Below are positions 42,595 to 53,854 of a stretch of 64,000 nucleotides of DNA, in pieces. This stretch comes from Histomonas meleagridis 2922-C6/04-290x (lineage: Eukaryota; Protista; Parabasalia), in assembly GCA_020184695.1 (NCBI GenBank), contig JAANOX010000011.1:186001-250000 (forward strand). The letters run 5' to 3'. The position numbers were made by a program, and so were the translations under genes. Position 1 is the stretch's first letter. Each line of letters starts with the position of its first letter. The notes beneath the pieces are model-generated. The model searched no databases. It was not told the origin of the DNA and saw only the letters and a program-made list of their open reading frames with translations.

Positions 42595-45500
42595 TCAGTA
42601 ATAACCGTTAAGCTGGTTTTCAGAAGGCGGAACCATCAAAACAATTGTCGCGTCTTCATCTTCAGGGATATACATTCTATTAATCATTAGCATAATTTCA
42701 GCTCTTTGAATTATAGCCTTTGCTTTGCTTGACAACAATTCATTCATTTCCCTTGTTTTACTTTTCGGATTAATTGATGAGACAACAACAACACCCATAG
42801 AATAGTCACGTACAATCACATCGCCATCACTAAATATTTCATTTTTAGCTGGAATTATCTTGCAAATACTTGTAAAGAATTCGATATCATTTTGATTACT
42901 TAACTCTACAAAGCATCCTGAGTTAGTAACAAACTTCTTTAAGAAGTTGTAAGCAGGAGAAGAGTTGTTAGAAGCCATCATTAATGAAAACATTGCAATT
43001 AGTACATCATTTTTCGATGCCTTCTTCAATGAGTCATTAATTAACTCGTTCAATGTGTTAAAATCGTTTGTAGTTTGAGTAACCAAAGGTTCGAATAATG
43101 TTCTTAACACCACTGGTTTTGGATATTTAATGAATGATATATTATCCAAAAACACCTTTGTCAATTCTGCGTCGTAAAATCCTCCGTTAGTAACATGGTT
43201 TTGATAATTATCGAAAGCTGCCTGATAATTACCTTTCGAGCAATTTAACACTGCGCATCCGATATGGATTCTTTGGAACTCACAAAATTCAAAGGCCACG
43301 TCGGTTGATATCGTTTTGGCTGTTCTGAGAAAAGTGACGAGGTAAGAAACGTGCGACGCTAAAAACCGTAAGTACGATTGAGTGTCCTCGGAGGTTGCTA
43401 TCGGCGGGTCGTTAATTTCGAATAAAGTATCGAAATAAAGTTTAATTTCTTGTTTTCTTGACGTTGCCATCACTTGATTCGGATGTAATCTTGGGTACTT
43501 AGATACAATTAATTTAACAGTACGTTTTGGATCCAAATATAACAAAGGCTTCAATAAAGTTAATATTGTATCTTGAGCACTTTCACGTGAACCTTCGAAA
43601 TTTTCCAACAATTCGAACGAATCATTTGGCGTATCACTTAACAAATGACATTCAACTTCAAGTTTCAAGTCTTCTTCACCTCGCATTATATGTTTAATAG
43701 CTGTACTAAATCCAGCTCTGACGCAATGTAACTTAAATTGCGTAACGTCAATCTGTGGGTAATCAATTGTTACTATTTTCATAAATAACTTTTCGCGTAT
43801 TAATCGCGAAGCGTTTGATTCGAAGATGTAATTCATAATTGACGAAATGGCCTTCGATGGAAATGTTATATTCTTTTCAATTGCTTCATTAGCTATTAAT
43901 GTAAATAATGGATCTGCTTGTGGAGGCTTTGCATTTTCGAAGCACAAAACAATAATCCGAATCATTTCAATGATTGTTAATTGTTGGCTTGAGCTAAATT
44001 TAATTGGCGCACGTGACAAAAACTCTTTTATAAGTTTATCCGAGTTTTCCCATGACGACTCAATCACTTTAGCTAATCGTCCAGTGTTTGGTGTATGTAA
44101 CCATACTATACATAAGTTACTTTTATATTGATCAAATGGTTTTGTTAAGAATACATATTCACATAATTCTTTGATCTGCGTTTTATCACCAGTGTCAACA
44201 ATTAATGCAAACGCTGGTAATATATCATTAAAGAAGCGATCGAATAAATGTAAAACAAATCGATTATAATGTAATGTATGTCCAATACCTATAGCTTCTT
44301 TAATAAATGATGGAATGAATTGGACATTTAATAACGCATCTTCAACTGTACTATTGTCATATGGTTGAAGTTGTGATATCTCTCGTAAAATAGTGGAAGA
44401 TGTCTCAGGTCGAATGTTTTCTGTCTCTAAGATTAATACCAAAAGTTGTAACTTAGAATCATCATCATTAATATATGATAAGAAATCATGGATAAAAGTG
44501 TCCGCTATATCAGTCTTAACTATCGCTTCTGCTATTTGTGGAAAATGTTTCTCAAGTTCGTCTGAATCTTCTGCTAATATTAAAATGGAACATTTTAATA
44601 GTTCTTGGATTTTAGAGAGCGTATCAGTACTATCATATGATGAGAATTCATTGGTATACGTGGAAACACAAAGATCAATGGCTTGAATAATTTGATTGTC
44701 ATGAATCATTAAACGGATTTTCTCCTCGGCGGTTTCCATCGTTAGGGCCCCTTCGGGTACCATGCAAATCAAATCATTTGTAGCGCAGATTAATGGGGTG
44801 AGATGTTCGCTATATTGAGAGATAATGTCATCATGAATGTTGATGATAGAAAGAGTATCGGCAGTAGAGACAACAAGTAACGTTTGTGATAAAAATGTGA
44901 GATCAAGAACTTTGGAAGGAAATTGAAATGAATTTATCTCTTCATGTGAGCCATTCTCAAAGATTTTATGGATTGAAATCGTCGAATCTTCACTGATGGC
45001 TATGTAAAAATGCCATTCTTCACATATGAATGAAATTAATGGATCAGTTGCTTCAAATGAAATAAGTTCAACAAACTTGTCTGTTTGCTGATAGACTTTA
45101 ACTGAGTCTTTGAATGAAGAAGCAATGAGTTGTATTGAGTTGTCACATGATGATGCACATTGTATTTTGGTGGCTGGAGAATCAAGTTTTAATTGATGCC
45201 CTTCTTTAATGTAAAGGAAAAGAAGAAGTGATGATATGTCAAGTTGAGCAATGTTTCCATCTGCTTGTGAAACAATTAATGTTTTCCAAGAAATTTGAAA
45301 TGAAAGAGATGTGATTTTTGCACCATTTCCTACAGTTGTATCAGAAACAGAGCTTTGACGTGCTATTTCCCAAAAAAAGACCTGCCCATTTTCATGACCT
45401 GAAACAGCATATTTTTCACATGGTGAAATTGTTGCAACAACTGCTTTAGAATTAATCGTTTTGCCAGATTTGGGAATGAAAGATGTCTTATTTTTTATGT

Positions 45501-45648
45501 CATAAATTACTATATTAGTTGAATCATAACATATAACAATAAATTTTTCAGAACAGAAAGAATATGTAATATTACTGATTGAATTGTCTTCAAGGAACTT
45601 CTGGAGTTCATCGAATTTTTGGAATTTTAACGTGAATAAATCGCTCAT
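42595..45648 (-). CDS. WD40 + alpha-solenoid protein, Vps8-like
   Basis: VSGHENGQVFFWE and LIVSQADGNI WD-like blades, followed by a long helical region. Confidence 0.5.
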   Translation of the reverse strand: MSDLFTLKFQKFDELQKFLEDNSISNITYSFCSEKFIVICYDSTNIVIYDIKNKTSFIPKSGKTINSKAVVATISPCEKYAVSGHENGQVFFWEIARQSSVSDTTVGNGAKITSLSFQISWKTLIVSQADGNIAQLDISSLLLFLYIKEGHQLKLDSPATKIQCASSCDNSIQLIASSFKDSVKVYQQTDKFVELISFEATDPLISFICEEWHFYIAISEDSTISIHKIFENGSHEEINSFQFPSKVLDLTFLSQTLLVVSTADTLSIINIHDDIISQYSEHLTPLICATNDLICMVPEGALTMETAEEKIRLMIHDNQIIQAIDLCVSTYTNEFSSYDSTDTLSKIQELLKCSILILAEDSDELEKHFPQIAEAIVKTDIADTFIHDFLSYINDDDSKLQLLVLILETENIRPETSSTILREISQLQPYDNSTVEDALLNVQFIPSFIKEAIGIGHTLHYNRFVLHLFDRFFNDILPAFALIVDTGDKTQIKELCEYVFLTKPFDQYKSNLCIVWLHTPNTGRLAKVIESSWENSDKLIKEFLSRAPIKFSSSQQLTIIEMIRIIVLCFENAKPPQADPLFTLIANEAIEKNITFPSKAISSIMNYIFESNASRLIREKLFMKIVTIDYPQIDVTQFKLHCVRAGFSTAIKHIMRGEEDLKLEVECHLLSDTPNDSFELLENFEGSRESAQDTILTLLKPLLYLDPKRTVKLIVSKYPRLHPNQVMATSRKQEIKLYFDTLFEINDPPIATSEDTQSYLRFLASHVSYLVTFLRTAKTISTDVAFEFCEFQRIHIGCAVLNCSKGNYQAAFDNYQNHVTNGGFYDAELTKVFLDNISFIKYPKPVVLRTLFEPLVTQTTNDFNTLNELINDSLKKASKNDVLIAMFSLMMASNNSSPAYNFLKKFVTNSGCFVELSNQNDIEFFTSICKIIPAKNEIFSDGDVIVRDYSMGVVVVSSINPKSKTREMNELLSSKAKAIIQRAEIMLMINRMYIPEDEDATIVLMVPPSENQLNGYY

Positions 45649-45904
45649 TTTGCTGAAGATTTTTGCCACTTTCCAATTCTTCGGCTTGTCACTTTTTAAT
45701 TAAGGAAAATTCCAAATTCATTTAATCTCTCATGAATCATCAATCAGTGTAATAAGCGCAATGCTTTTTTTAATTAATATTTTTTCTTCGACATTAGCAT
45801 CCAAAATATTGATTGTTATTATCAATTATTAACTCAATGATTGTTCTAAGTTAAAAGTAAATATTACTTTAACCAAACAAAATATTAAAAAAAAATTCAT
45901 TTAT

Positions 45905-47257
45905 TTAGTCTTCCATTGCTTCTCCTTCACCTTCGCCTTCTTCCTCTTCTTCGCCTACTTCATCAATTCCGACTGTTTCGTACATTTCGTACTCCTGTAT
46001 CAAGTCGGTCATGTTCGATCTCGCCTCATCGAATTCGACTGTTTCGAGTCCTTCGTTTACGTACCAATGGATGAAAGCTCTTCGCGCGTACATCTTTTGG
46101 AACTGTGAGTCGACGCGTGTGAACAATTCTCTGAATGCTGTTGTGTTGCCGATGAATGTCGCAGCCATCTTAAGACCTCGTGGTGGGATATCGCAGATGG
46201 AGCTCTTCACGTTGTTTGGAATCCATTCGACGAAGTACGACGTGTTACGCGCTTGGATGTTAAGCATTTGCTCGTCGACTTCTTTGGATGACATTCTTCC
46301 ACGGAAATGTGCGGAAACAGTTAAGTAGACGCCACGGCGTGGGTCGCAGGCGGCCATCATGTTCTTATTGTCGAACAATTGTGATGTAAGTTCGGGTACT
46401 GTTAATGCGCGATATTGTTGTGAGCCGCGGGATGTGAGTGGAGCGAAGCCTACGATGAAGAAGTGGAGACGTGGGAATGGAACAAGGTTAACTGCAAGCT
46501 TACGAAGATCAGAGTTAAGTTGACCTGGGAATCTTAATGAACATGTAGTACCGGACATAACCATTGATACAAGATGGTTAAGATCACCATATGTGGGTGT
46601 GGTGAGCTTTAAGGTACGGAAGCAAATGTCATAAAGTGCTTCGTTATCAATGCAGAAAACTTCATCTGCGGATTCAACAAGTTGGTGAACAGAAAGAGTG
46701 CAGTTATATGGTTCGACAACAGTATCAGATACTTTTGGTGATGGAACAATGGAATATGTGGAAAGAATACGATCAGGATATTCTTCACGGAGCTTGTTAA
46801 GAAGAAGTGTACCAAGACCTGAGCCAGTACCGCCTCCAAGTGAATGAACAAGTTGGAATCCTTGAAGTGCATCACAGGATTCAGCTTCTTTACGAACAAC
46901 ATCAAGAATTGATTCGGCAAGTTCTTGACCTTCAGTGTAATAACCTTTAGCCCAGTTGTTACCAGCACCGGATTGACCGAAAACGAAGTTATCTGGGCGG
47001 AATAATTGACCATATTGTCCTGCACGAACTGCATCCATAGTACCTGGTTCAAGATCGACAAGGACAGCACGTGGAACGTACTTACCACCAGTGGCTTCGT
47101 TGTAGTAAACGTTAATTCTTTCTAATTGAAGATCACTATCACCATGGAATGAACCGGTTGGATCAATGCCGTGTTCATCTGAGATAACTTCCCAGAACTT
47201 GGCACCGATTTGGTTTCCACATTGTCCTGCTTGGAGGTGAACAATTTCACGCACCAT
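45905..47257 (-). CDS. TUBB: Beta-tubulin
   Basis: [43 protein letters not shown] and an acidic tail. Confidence 0.99.
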   Translation of the reverse strand: MVREIVHLQAGQCGNQIGAKFWEVISDEHGIDPTGSFHGDSDLQLERINVYYNEATGGKYVPRAVLVDLEPGTMDAVRAGQYGQLFRPDNFVFGQSGAGNNWAKGYYTEGQELAESILDVVRKEAESCDALQGFQLVHSLGGGTGSGLGTLLLNKLREEYPDRILSTYSIVPSPKVSDTVVEPYNCTLSVHQLVESADEVFCIDNEALYDICFRTLKLTTPTYGDLNHLVSMVMSGTTCSLRFPGQLNSDLRKLAVNLVPFPRLHFFIVGFAPLTSRGSQQYRALTVPELTSQLFDNKNMMAACDPRRGVYLTVSAHFRGRMSSKEVDEQMLNIQARNTSYFVEWIPNNVKSSICDIPPRGLKMAATFIGNTTAFRELFTRVDSQFQKMYARRAFIHWYVNEGLETVEFDEARSNMTDLIQEYEMYETVGIDEVGEEEEEGEGEGEAMED

Positions 47258-47477
47258 TCTAAAAATAAATTAAAACGTATTTCTCTGAAATTTCATAAAT
47301 TTATCTTCAAAATGTTAAACGTACCTTCATCATTGATAGGCTTAACAATTTTAGGTCATTTTTAGTTCCTTTATTTGATGAATTAGTTCTTTTCCGAAAG
47401 CTTAATGAAGCTGGTTCAACTTCTAAAGGTTGGTTAAGAGATAAAAGAAATCTTTATGATTCGTTTCGAAAAATCGT

Positions 47478-48041
47478 TTACTCAATAGTACAGCATGAAC
47501 CTTGGGCTTTTTGAACATCAGGTTCTGCAGGAGGCGCAATGAGCATTTTCCCAATTTGTTGGAACACTTCATGAATATTAATTGCTGATAAAGCAGATGT
47601 TTCTAGAAAAACGCCATGATATTTTTTAGCAAGCTCTTGACCATCTTCTGGAGTTACTTGGCGTTGAGCTTCTTTATCACACTTATTTCCAGCAAGAACA
47701 AATTTAAAATCTTCATTTTCGTGGAGAACTGATATCTGTTCGAGAAGGTTGTCTGCCATCTGTATTGAACGTGCGTCAATTACGCTATAAACAATTAGAA
47801 AAGCATCGCCTTCAGCCATGAACTTATCACGAAGGGCTTTGTAATCTTCTTGTCCAGCTGTGTCTGCAATTTCTATTTCTAGTGATTCTTGATTATCTAA
47901 ATCGATTCTGGCATGATAATTATCTTCAAGAGTTGGTTCGTAACCTTCTGAAAATTGGTCCTTTGTATAGCGGACGATAATTGAAGTTTTTCCAACACCG
48001 CCATCGCCTGCAACAACAAGCTTTGGTTTCTTTTCGCTCAT
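47478..48041 (-). CDS. Ras-family small GTPase
   Basis: GDGGVGKTS, YEPTLEDNY, DTAGQE, GNKCD, ETSA and C-terminal CCTIE. Likely ATG at 48041. Confidence 0.92.
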   Translation of the reverse strand: MSEKKPKLVVAGDGGVGKTSIIVRYTKDQFSEGYEPTLEDNYHARIDLDNQESLEIEIADTAGQEDYKALRDKFMAEGDAFLIVYSVIDARSIQMADNLLEQISVLHENEDFKFVLAGNKCDKEAQRQVTPEDGQELAKKYHGVFLETSALSAINIHEVFQQIGKMLIAPPAEPDVQKAQGSCCTIE

Positions 48042-49148
48042 GCCAAAATAAGGAGAATTTGCTTTTTGACTGAAATAACCAACATTCAGAAGTTTACATA
48101 AATTCAAAGAAATGGGGTACGTTATCAAAACAGAGATAAATTTTTATTTTCGTGTAAATTATTCATTTTCAATCTTAATCCTCTGAAAAAACCGACCAAA
48201 TTCTTAAGTTGCCAAAAAAAATTTCTTAAACTTCAGTGTTAAAAAATTTTAATGAAACTAGGAGAAAAAACCAACAGTTTAACATTCATCATAACATAAA
48301 AAATCATTCAATGATGTTCTGCTTTCTTCTGATGTAAATGTTAAAATACAAATGCTTGTCGAAAAATGTTCTTTCCTGAAGAAATGAATGCAGAAAGCCA
48401 TTGCAAAAGACGATGCAAATTTTGGATTCAAAACTTTATGAAAACGTTACAAAAAAACATTGATTGTCAAGTTTTTGTTATTTTCTTTATCAAAAAGTGG
48501 TATTTCAATCGCACCTTTATCAATTATCGGCATTCCCACACATTTTGAAGAAGAAATCCGCAAGAAGGAACGGATTGAATACTTATCGTATTTTTACAAC
48601 GACGGTTTGTGCTTTTGCTTTGAAATTGAAAAAACGTTTTGGATTGAGAGGGCATTCAAAAGCTTCTACCGTGTGAGGGTTAGCGGCGCTGGAGGATCCG
48701 TTTTTAATATGCAAAAATAAAATAGGGGTTGCGAAAGAAAACCTTGGGCATCTCCTGCAACACACCTCTAAATTGCACATAATATACACACCATCCTGTC
48801 ATTCATTCATCGAACACATGTGAACGCCGATAGGTTATCATCGGTCCATTTGAGGAGTTTACTCATCTTTTGTGATTTTATCTTATTTTTTAATTAAACA
48901 TTTAAATTTTATCAAATAGCTTGACTCAAGTAATTTAACCTTTAACTACGACTTATAATAAATTACAAAATCAGCTGAAATCGATAAAATTTCCTATCGT
49001 ATTTTTAGGATCGGTTTCAGGTTGGCCGTGAGTAAACTTTTTAAAATCCAATAGACTGATTGATTTGTCTCAAAAAGTTTGATTCGTTTTCAAATGGGGG
49101 AGGTTTTGAGATGGCTCCAACCCCCCGCTAACAACCGTTGTGACAATA

Positions 49149-50225
49149 ATGGAAACAATAGTTGCAAAAATCAATGACGAGTTTTCCATTGAAATTCCAT
49201 TTCGTTTTGGCAGATATGAATTCATTAGGACCATAGGAAATGGTGCATTTTCAGTGGTTGCACTCGTTTACGACATTACGACAAATGCACAATATGCATG
49301 CAAAATTTCATCACGGAAATTTCTTATACAACAGAAACTATTCGATAAGTTCGAGCGCGAAGTTCGAATTATGCAGTCTTTTCAAAGTCCTTTTCTTGTA
49401 CAATTATATGATATTGTTTATGACCAAAATTTAATATATTTGATCATGGAATATTGCTCAAATGGCGAACTATTTCAAGCTATTGCAGACAATGGGCCAG
49501 TTGAAGAAAAGCGAGCCAAAAAAATATTTGCACAAATTGTTTCAGGGGTCTCATACATTCACTCACATGATATTTCACATCGTGACATCAAGCCCGAAAA
49601 TATTCTCCTTGATTCTTGCATGAATGCTAAAATCACAGATTTTGGATTATGTCAACATACAAGTGAAAACCTTTTACTCAAGACATATTGTGGTTCTCCC
49701 TTCTACGTGTCACCAGAGGTTCTCCTTAACAAGCCGTATGATGGCAAGAAAAGTGACATTTGGTCTCTTGGCGTTGTTCTTTTCACAATTGTCACTGGCG
49801 GCCTTCCGTGGGAGGACATCGGGCAACAGAAACTTTATCAGCAGATAGCGGAAGCCAATTTTACCATACCTCGTTATCTTCCGCCAGATTTACGAGATTT
49901 AATTTCGCGATTAATGCAACTTAATCCAAAAGACAGACCAAACGTAGACGAAATATTGAAGCACCCATGGCTTGCAGATGTTGTGGGAGAGCTTGCAACT
50001 CAGCCGATGAACAGTGGAATCGAAACATTATCTTCAAACAGAGGATCTCAACAATTCCTTCGGAAAAACATAATTGTGAGGCCAAAGGTACAGAGAGATT
50101 GCGGATTCATATCGTCCAGCTTCGGGGCAAAGTTTGCGCCCGTTCAGAAATTGATCAGAAAAGTGCCGACAAGAAGAAGGCACTTGAGCGGACGAGCAAA
50201 CCCAACATTCAAGCCGGTGACGTGA
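49149..50225 (+). CDS. CAMK/SNF1-like Ser/Thr kinase
   Basis: IGNGAFSVV, HRDIKPEN, DFG, TYCGSPFYVSPE and SDIWSLGV. Confidence 0.92.
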   Translation: METIVAKINDEFSIEIPFRFGRYEFIRTIGNGAFSVVALVYDITTNAQYACKISSRKFLIQQKLFDKFEREVRIMQSFQSPFLVQLYDIVYDQNLIYLIMEYCSNGELFQAIADNGPVEEKRAKKIFAQIVSGVSYIHSHDISHRDIKPENILLDSCMNAKITDFGLCQHTSENLLLKTYCGSPFYVSPEVLLNKPYDGKKSDIWSLGVVLFTIVTGGLPWEDIGQQKLYQQIAEANFTIPRYLPPDLRDLISRLMQLNPKDRPNVDEILKHPWLADVVGELATQPMNSGIETLSSNRGSQQFLRKNIIVRPKVQRDCGFISSSFGAKFAPVQKLIRKVPTRRRHLSGRANPTFKPVT

Positions 50226-50679
50226 GGTGTGTTTTTGTGTTGCATTTGTGATGTATTGCATCAAAATAATATGGTTTTTAGTGTAAAATATTTTTGCTGA
50301 TTAACACTTTTTGATAAATAAATGTTTTAAAGATTTGACAATATTCAAATGAGCACAGCGATATGTCGATGCACATCACATGTTTAATATTGTTATACTA
50401 TTTTTGAGCAAAATAATGAAAAATTATTATTATTATTATTATTGTTTGTGTTTCTTTTGTAATGATGCAAATTGTTTCAATTGTTATCATTTAACTTATT
50501 TGTATCAAATTGATAAAGGCAAAAAGATATCGCCATAGATTCAGAATAAGATTTCCGGTTTACTTAGAGATTAATAATTTTAAAAAATATAGAAAACGTA
50601 ATTGCTTTGGCAAATGTTTGAATACCGTCAAGATAAAGTCAAAGGAAATTACATTCGCTATGTGCTATTACAACATAAC

Positions 50680-50954
50680 ATTCACACATTTGACAGTATT
50701 CATGATTTAATACACGTGGTGACACAGATGTGTCCGTATTCATATCAAAGCATTCACACATTTGACAGTATTCATGATTTAATGCACGTGGTGACACAGA
50801 TGTGTCCGTATTCATATCAAAGCATTCACACATTTGACAGTATTCATGATTTAATGCACGTGGTGACACAGATGTGTCCGTATTCATATCAAAGCATTCA
50901 CACATTTGACAGTATTCATGATTTAATGCACGTGGTGACACAGATGTGTCCGTA
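50680..50954. repeat. 72-bp minisatellite, about 3.8 copies
   Basis: Unit ATTCACACATTTGACAGTATTCATGATTTAATGCACGTGGTGACACAGATGTGTCCGTATTCATATCAAAGC. Confidence 0.95.
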
Positions 50955-51025
50955 ATCATAACATAACATCTCTTAATGACACAAACGTTATCAAGTGACA
51001 GAATTTACATTCACTTCATACTTTA

Positions 51026-52678
51026 TTAAATCTGCGGTATAAATCCATGTGTCGAACAGAACTGGTCGACCTGCCTCGGCACCTCGGCGAGTACCTCCTG
51101 CGCCAGTCCCATTCCGTTGTTTGCCGCGAACTTGTTGAACGGCACGAACTGCACGATGTCCCTCTTCATGAGGACTCCGCTCCGTGACCTCAGCGGGTCA
51201 TCATCTGCGTCGAGGATGTTCATTGATGCGAAGTTCGCGCATCCGACGCCGACGATGATGATACTCAATGGGGCGTCCGACGCCTCGACAATAGCGTCAA
51301 TCGTTTCCTGCATGTCGTTGATGATTCCGTCGGTCAGAATCATCAATATCGTGTACGTGTGCGACTCTTGGAACGATGCCCTTGCGACGCCTGTGGCCGC
51401 GCTTATGATGGGCGCAAACAGCGTCGGGCCGCTCAGTTGGACCATGCGAAGTGAGTTCTTGTACGCCATCGAGATGCCCTCGAGGCCTTGGACATTAGGG
51501 TTGTTAGGATCGAATGTCAATGGGAAACAATGGGAGACAACGCCATTGATCTTGCCACCGAAGCCATAGACTGGAAATAGTTGATCACTATCGTATGGAC
51601 AGACAACAGATCCAATGGACCAGATGCAGGTTTCGTACTGGTTGAGTCCGTTAGGCGTTATGTAGTGTAATGAGCGTGGATCAGTTGGATTCATGTTAGA
51701 TGCGGTGAAATCAATTGCGGTTATTAAATTGAGTTGAAGTCCACTGCGGATGTAATCGCAGAATGTGGGCTTCTTGATGATGTTGATGGTTAAGAAGCGG
51801 AATTTGCCGCATTTCTTCTTCTTTTTGGCAGTGCCATTCTGTATCTCATAAACGGAGTTGCTGCCATTGTCAATGAAGGTTTGGAGACTAAGAGTGAAGC
51901 TACCAATGAGGTCATCGGCATGGTTTCGTTTGTAATCCATTATTGATATTGTAACTGGAACATTCGGATCGCCATTACAAAGGACTTGGAGTGGTATTTG
52001 GATGGGTTTGAAGGTACATTTGTAAGTTTTGGGTACGACTTCGGATCTAAATATTGGTAATAATTTGCCACTTTCACTTGGCTTGGATATTTGGACATAA
52101 GGCCAGTTCTTGGAGAAGGTACGCATCTTACGGAGATCAAATGTAGATATTGTCATGTTACATATTGAATTACTTGATGAAGCTTGTTCAGAGGTAAGAA
52201 TAAGGGTACCACGTTTGTTCTTGGCAGTGTTATGCTTAAGCTCAAGTCTAACTTCACTGCTGCCAGCACTTACAAGTGTTTGAACATCAGTATCTGCATA
52301 ACCAATGAAATCATGTTTTTCAAGTGGTGCATTTTCTGAATCGCAGTCATAAACCATGAATCTTAAAGGTTGTTGTGTTTCGAAAATGTAAAGAGCCTGG
52401 AAAAATTTGACGAAAGAAGGATTTGGATCATCCCATATAACTTCAGTTCGAGCTACTTCTACATATTTACCGTTTACTGGAACAAACATTACGACCATTG
52501 GATCAGAAGGACTTCCAATATCAAGTTTTATAATATCTTTGCAAGAAACATGAATATTAATGATTGGGTCATTTGATGCGGTGTCAAGAACTCCTGTGTT
52601 GGAAACGGCTTGAGTACCGTCATTAAGCTTTCCGTTTTGAGGTCCCATACGGAAATTTCCGCTATACGCGACAGCCAT
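51026..52678 (-). CDS. Copine (two C2 domains + vWA)
   Basis: SDPMVVMF, EVARTEVIWD..NPSF, AIDFTASN, YDSDQLFPVYGFG, GPTLFAP, LTDG, PLSIIIVGVG and RDIVQFVPF. Confidence 0.95.
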   Translation of the reverse strand: MAVAYSGNFRMGPQNGKLNDGTQAVSNTGVLDTASNDPIINIHVSCKDIIKLDIGSPSDPMVVMFVPVNGKYVEVARTEVIWDDPNPSFVKFFQALYIFETQQPLRFMVYDCDSENAPLEKHDFIGYADTDVQTLVSAGSSEVRLELKHNTAKNKRGTLILTSEQASSSNSICNMTISTFDLRKMRTFSKNWPYVQISKPSESGKLLPIFRSEVVPKTYKCTFKPIQIPLQVLCNGDPNVPVTISIMDYKRNHADDLIGSFTLSLQTFIDNGSNSVYEIQNGTAKKKKKCGKFRFLTINIIKKPTFCDYIRSGLQLNLITAIDFTASNMNPTDPRSLHYITPNGLNQYETCIWSIGSVVCPYDSDQLFPVYGFGGKINGVVSHCFPLTFDPNNPNVQGLEGISMAYKNSLRMVQLSGPTLFAPIISAATGVARASFQESHTYTILMILTDGIINDMQETIDAIVEASDAPLSIIIVGVGCANFASMNILDADDDPLRSRSGVLMKRDIVQFVPFNKFAANNGMGLAQEVLAEVPRQVDQFCSTHGFIPQI

Positions 52679-53854
52679 TTTGGATTTTGATCTGGCGGTT
52701 ATTGTCAATTGAAATTGGTTGAATGGCGGTTGTAGTTAATTGAGAAGAAATGCGACAAGTTAATCATCGATTTTCTTAATATGTTTTATTTATTTTGATT
52801 ATATTTTAATGATAAATATGTCATGATTTATGTTGTGTTTGTGTTATTTATTGATGTTTTATTATAAAAATTTTATATGATGAAGAAATCCATTTTTTAA
52901 AAATTAACGCACCGCTAATTGAAAGGATACGTTAAAATTAACCTTGCGCACACATTAATAACTATAAAAATTCCCTCAATGTGAACATTTTGTATGTGAA
53001 ATATAAATCAGGAATTACAAGTCTATTTTGATATTCGGATTACGATCAATTGAAAAATAACAATAACATAATCTGCATCATAAAATGTATATCACAGTGT
53101 CAATAGCATTTTTCCTTATAGATTTCATTTTAAGTTTGAAAATATATTTCAAATAAATTTGTAATGTTAAAAATTTATTTTCAATTGAAAAATGCAGTTT
53201 TATAAAGAGATAATAATATTTTGATGATGCACATATAAGTTGAATTTTCAGGAGATTCCCAGAGAATTGTTAGGTCTATACAGCTAAAATAGTTTAACGT
53301 CTTTAAACGTCCTCTATGTTATAAAACAAGTTAATTTGCATCAAAAAATTAAAGCTACCTAGAGAAATCAATATTAATTCTTAGAAGCTAAAATTCACAA
53401 TTTAATTAGTTTAACTTATTCTCTAAAATTTCACAAGACAGATTTATGAATTATGGTTTAGTTATTGAGATGTGAATGAGTAATTTCTTGATATTTAAAA
53501 GAAAATAGCATATGTCTTATGAAATTCTTTAACCTTAACATTACTTAAAGAACATGTACTTTAATGATAATTCATCCTGGTTCGATTGCTTAAACCCAAC
53601 TTTTTAACGAGTTATGGACAAAATTCTTTATTTAATTCACACATTAAATTATATTGGAATAGTATGTGAATATAACTGTTACAGCGGTAAATTGTAGAAA
53701 CGGTCATTTCATATATCTATAATGAGACACATGAATAAAATGCATTGTACATGTGACATGAAATGATATATGTAAAATTCGAACAAACACAAAATTCATT
53801 TAACACTTATGACTGTTCATTTCCAACAAAAAACATTTTCGGCTCAAACTTTAC

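Noticed and set aside
48310-48790. Overlapping short ORFs, possibly a decayed gene
   Set aside because: No recognisable family motif; cannot be supported without a database search.
50602-50959. Repeat-protein ORFs on both strands of the 72-bp array
   Set aside because: Openness follows from the 3n period, the called starts are TTG/GTG-type, and there is no domain similarity.
53230-53700. Possible transposon-end remnants (also about 37900-38350 and 59500-59750)
   Set aside because: The composition looks repeat-like, but I found no partner inverted repeat, TSD or ORF in the window. A repeat-library search is needed.
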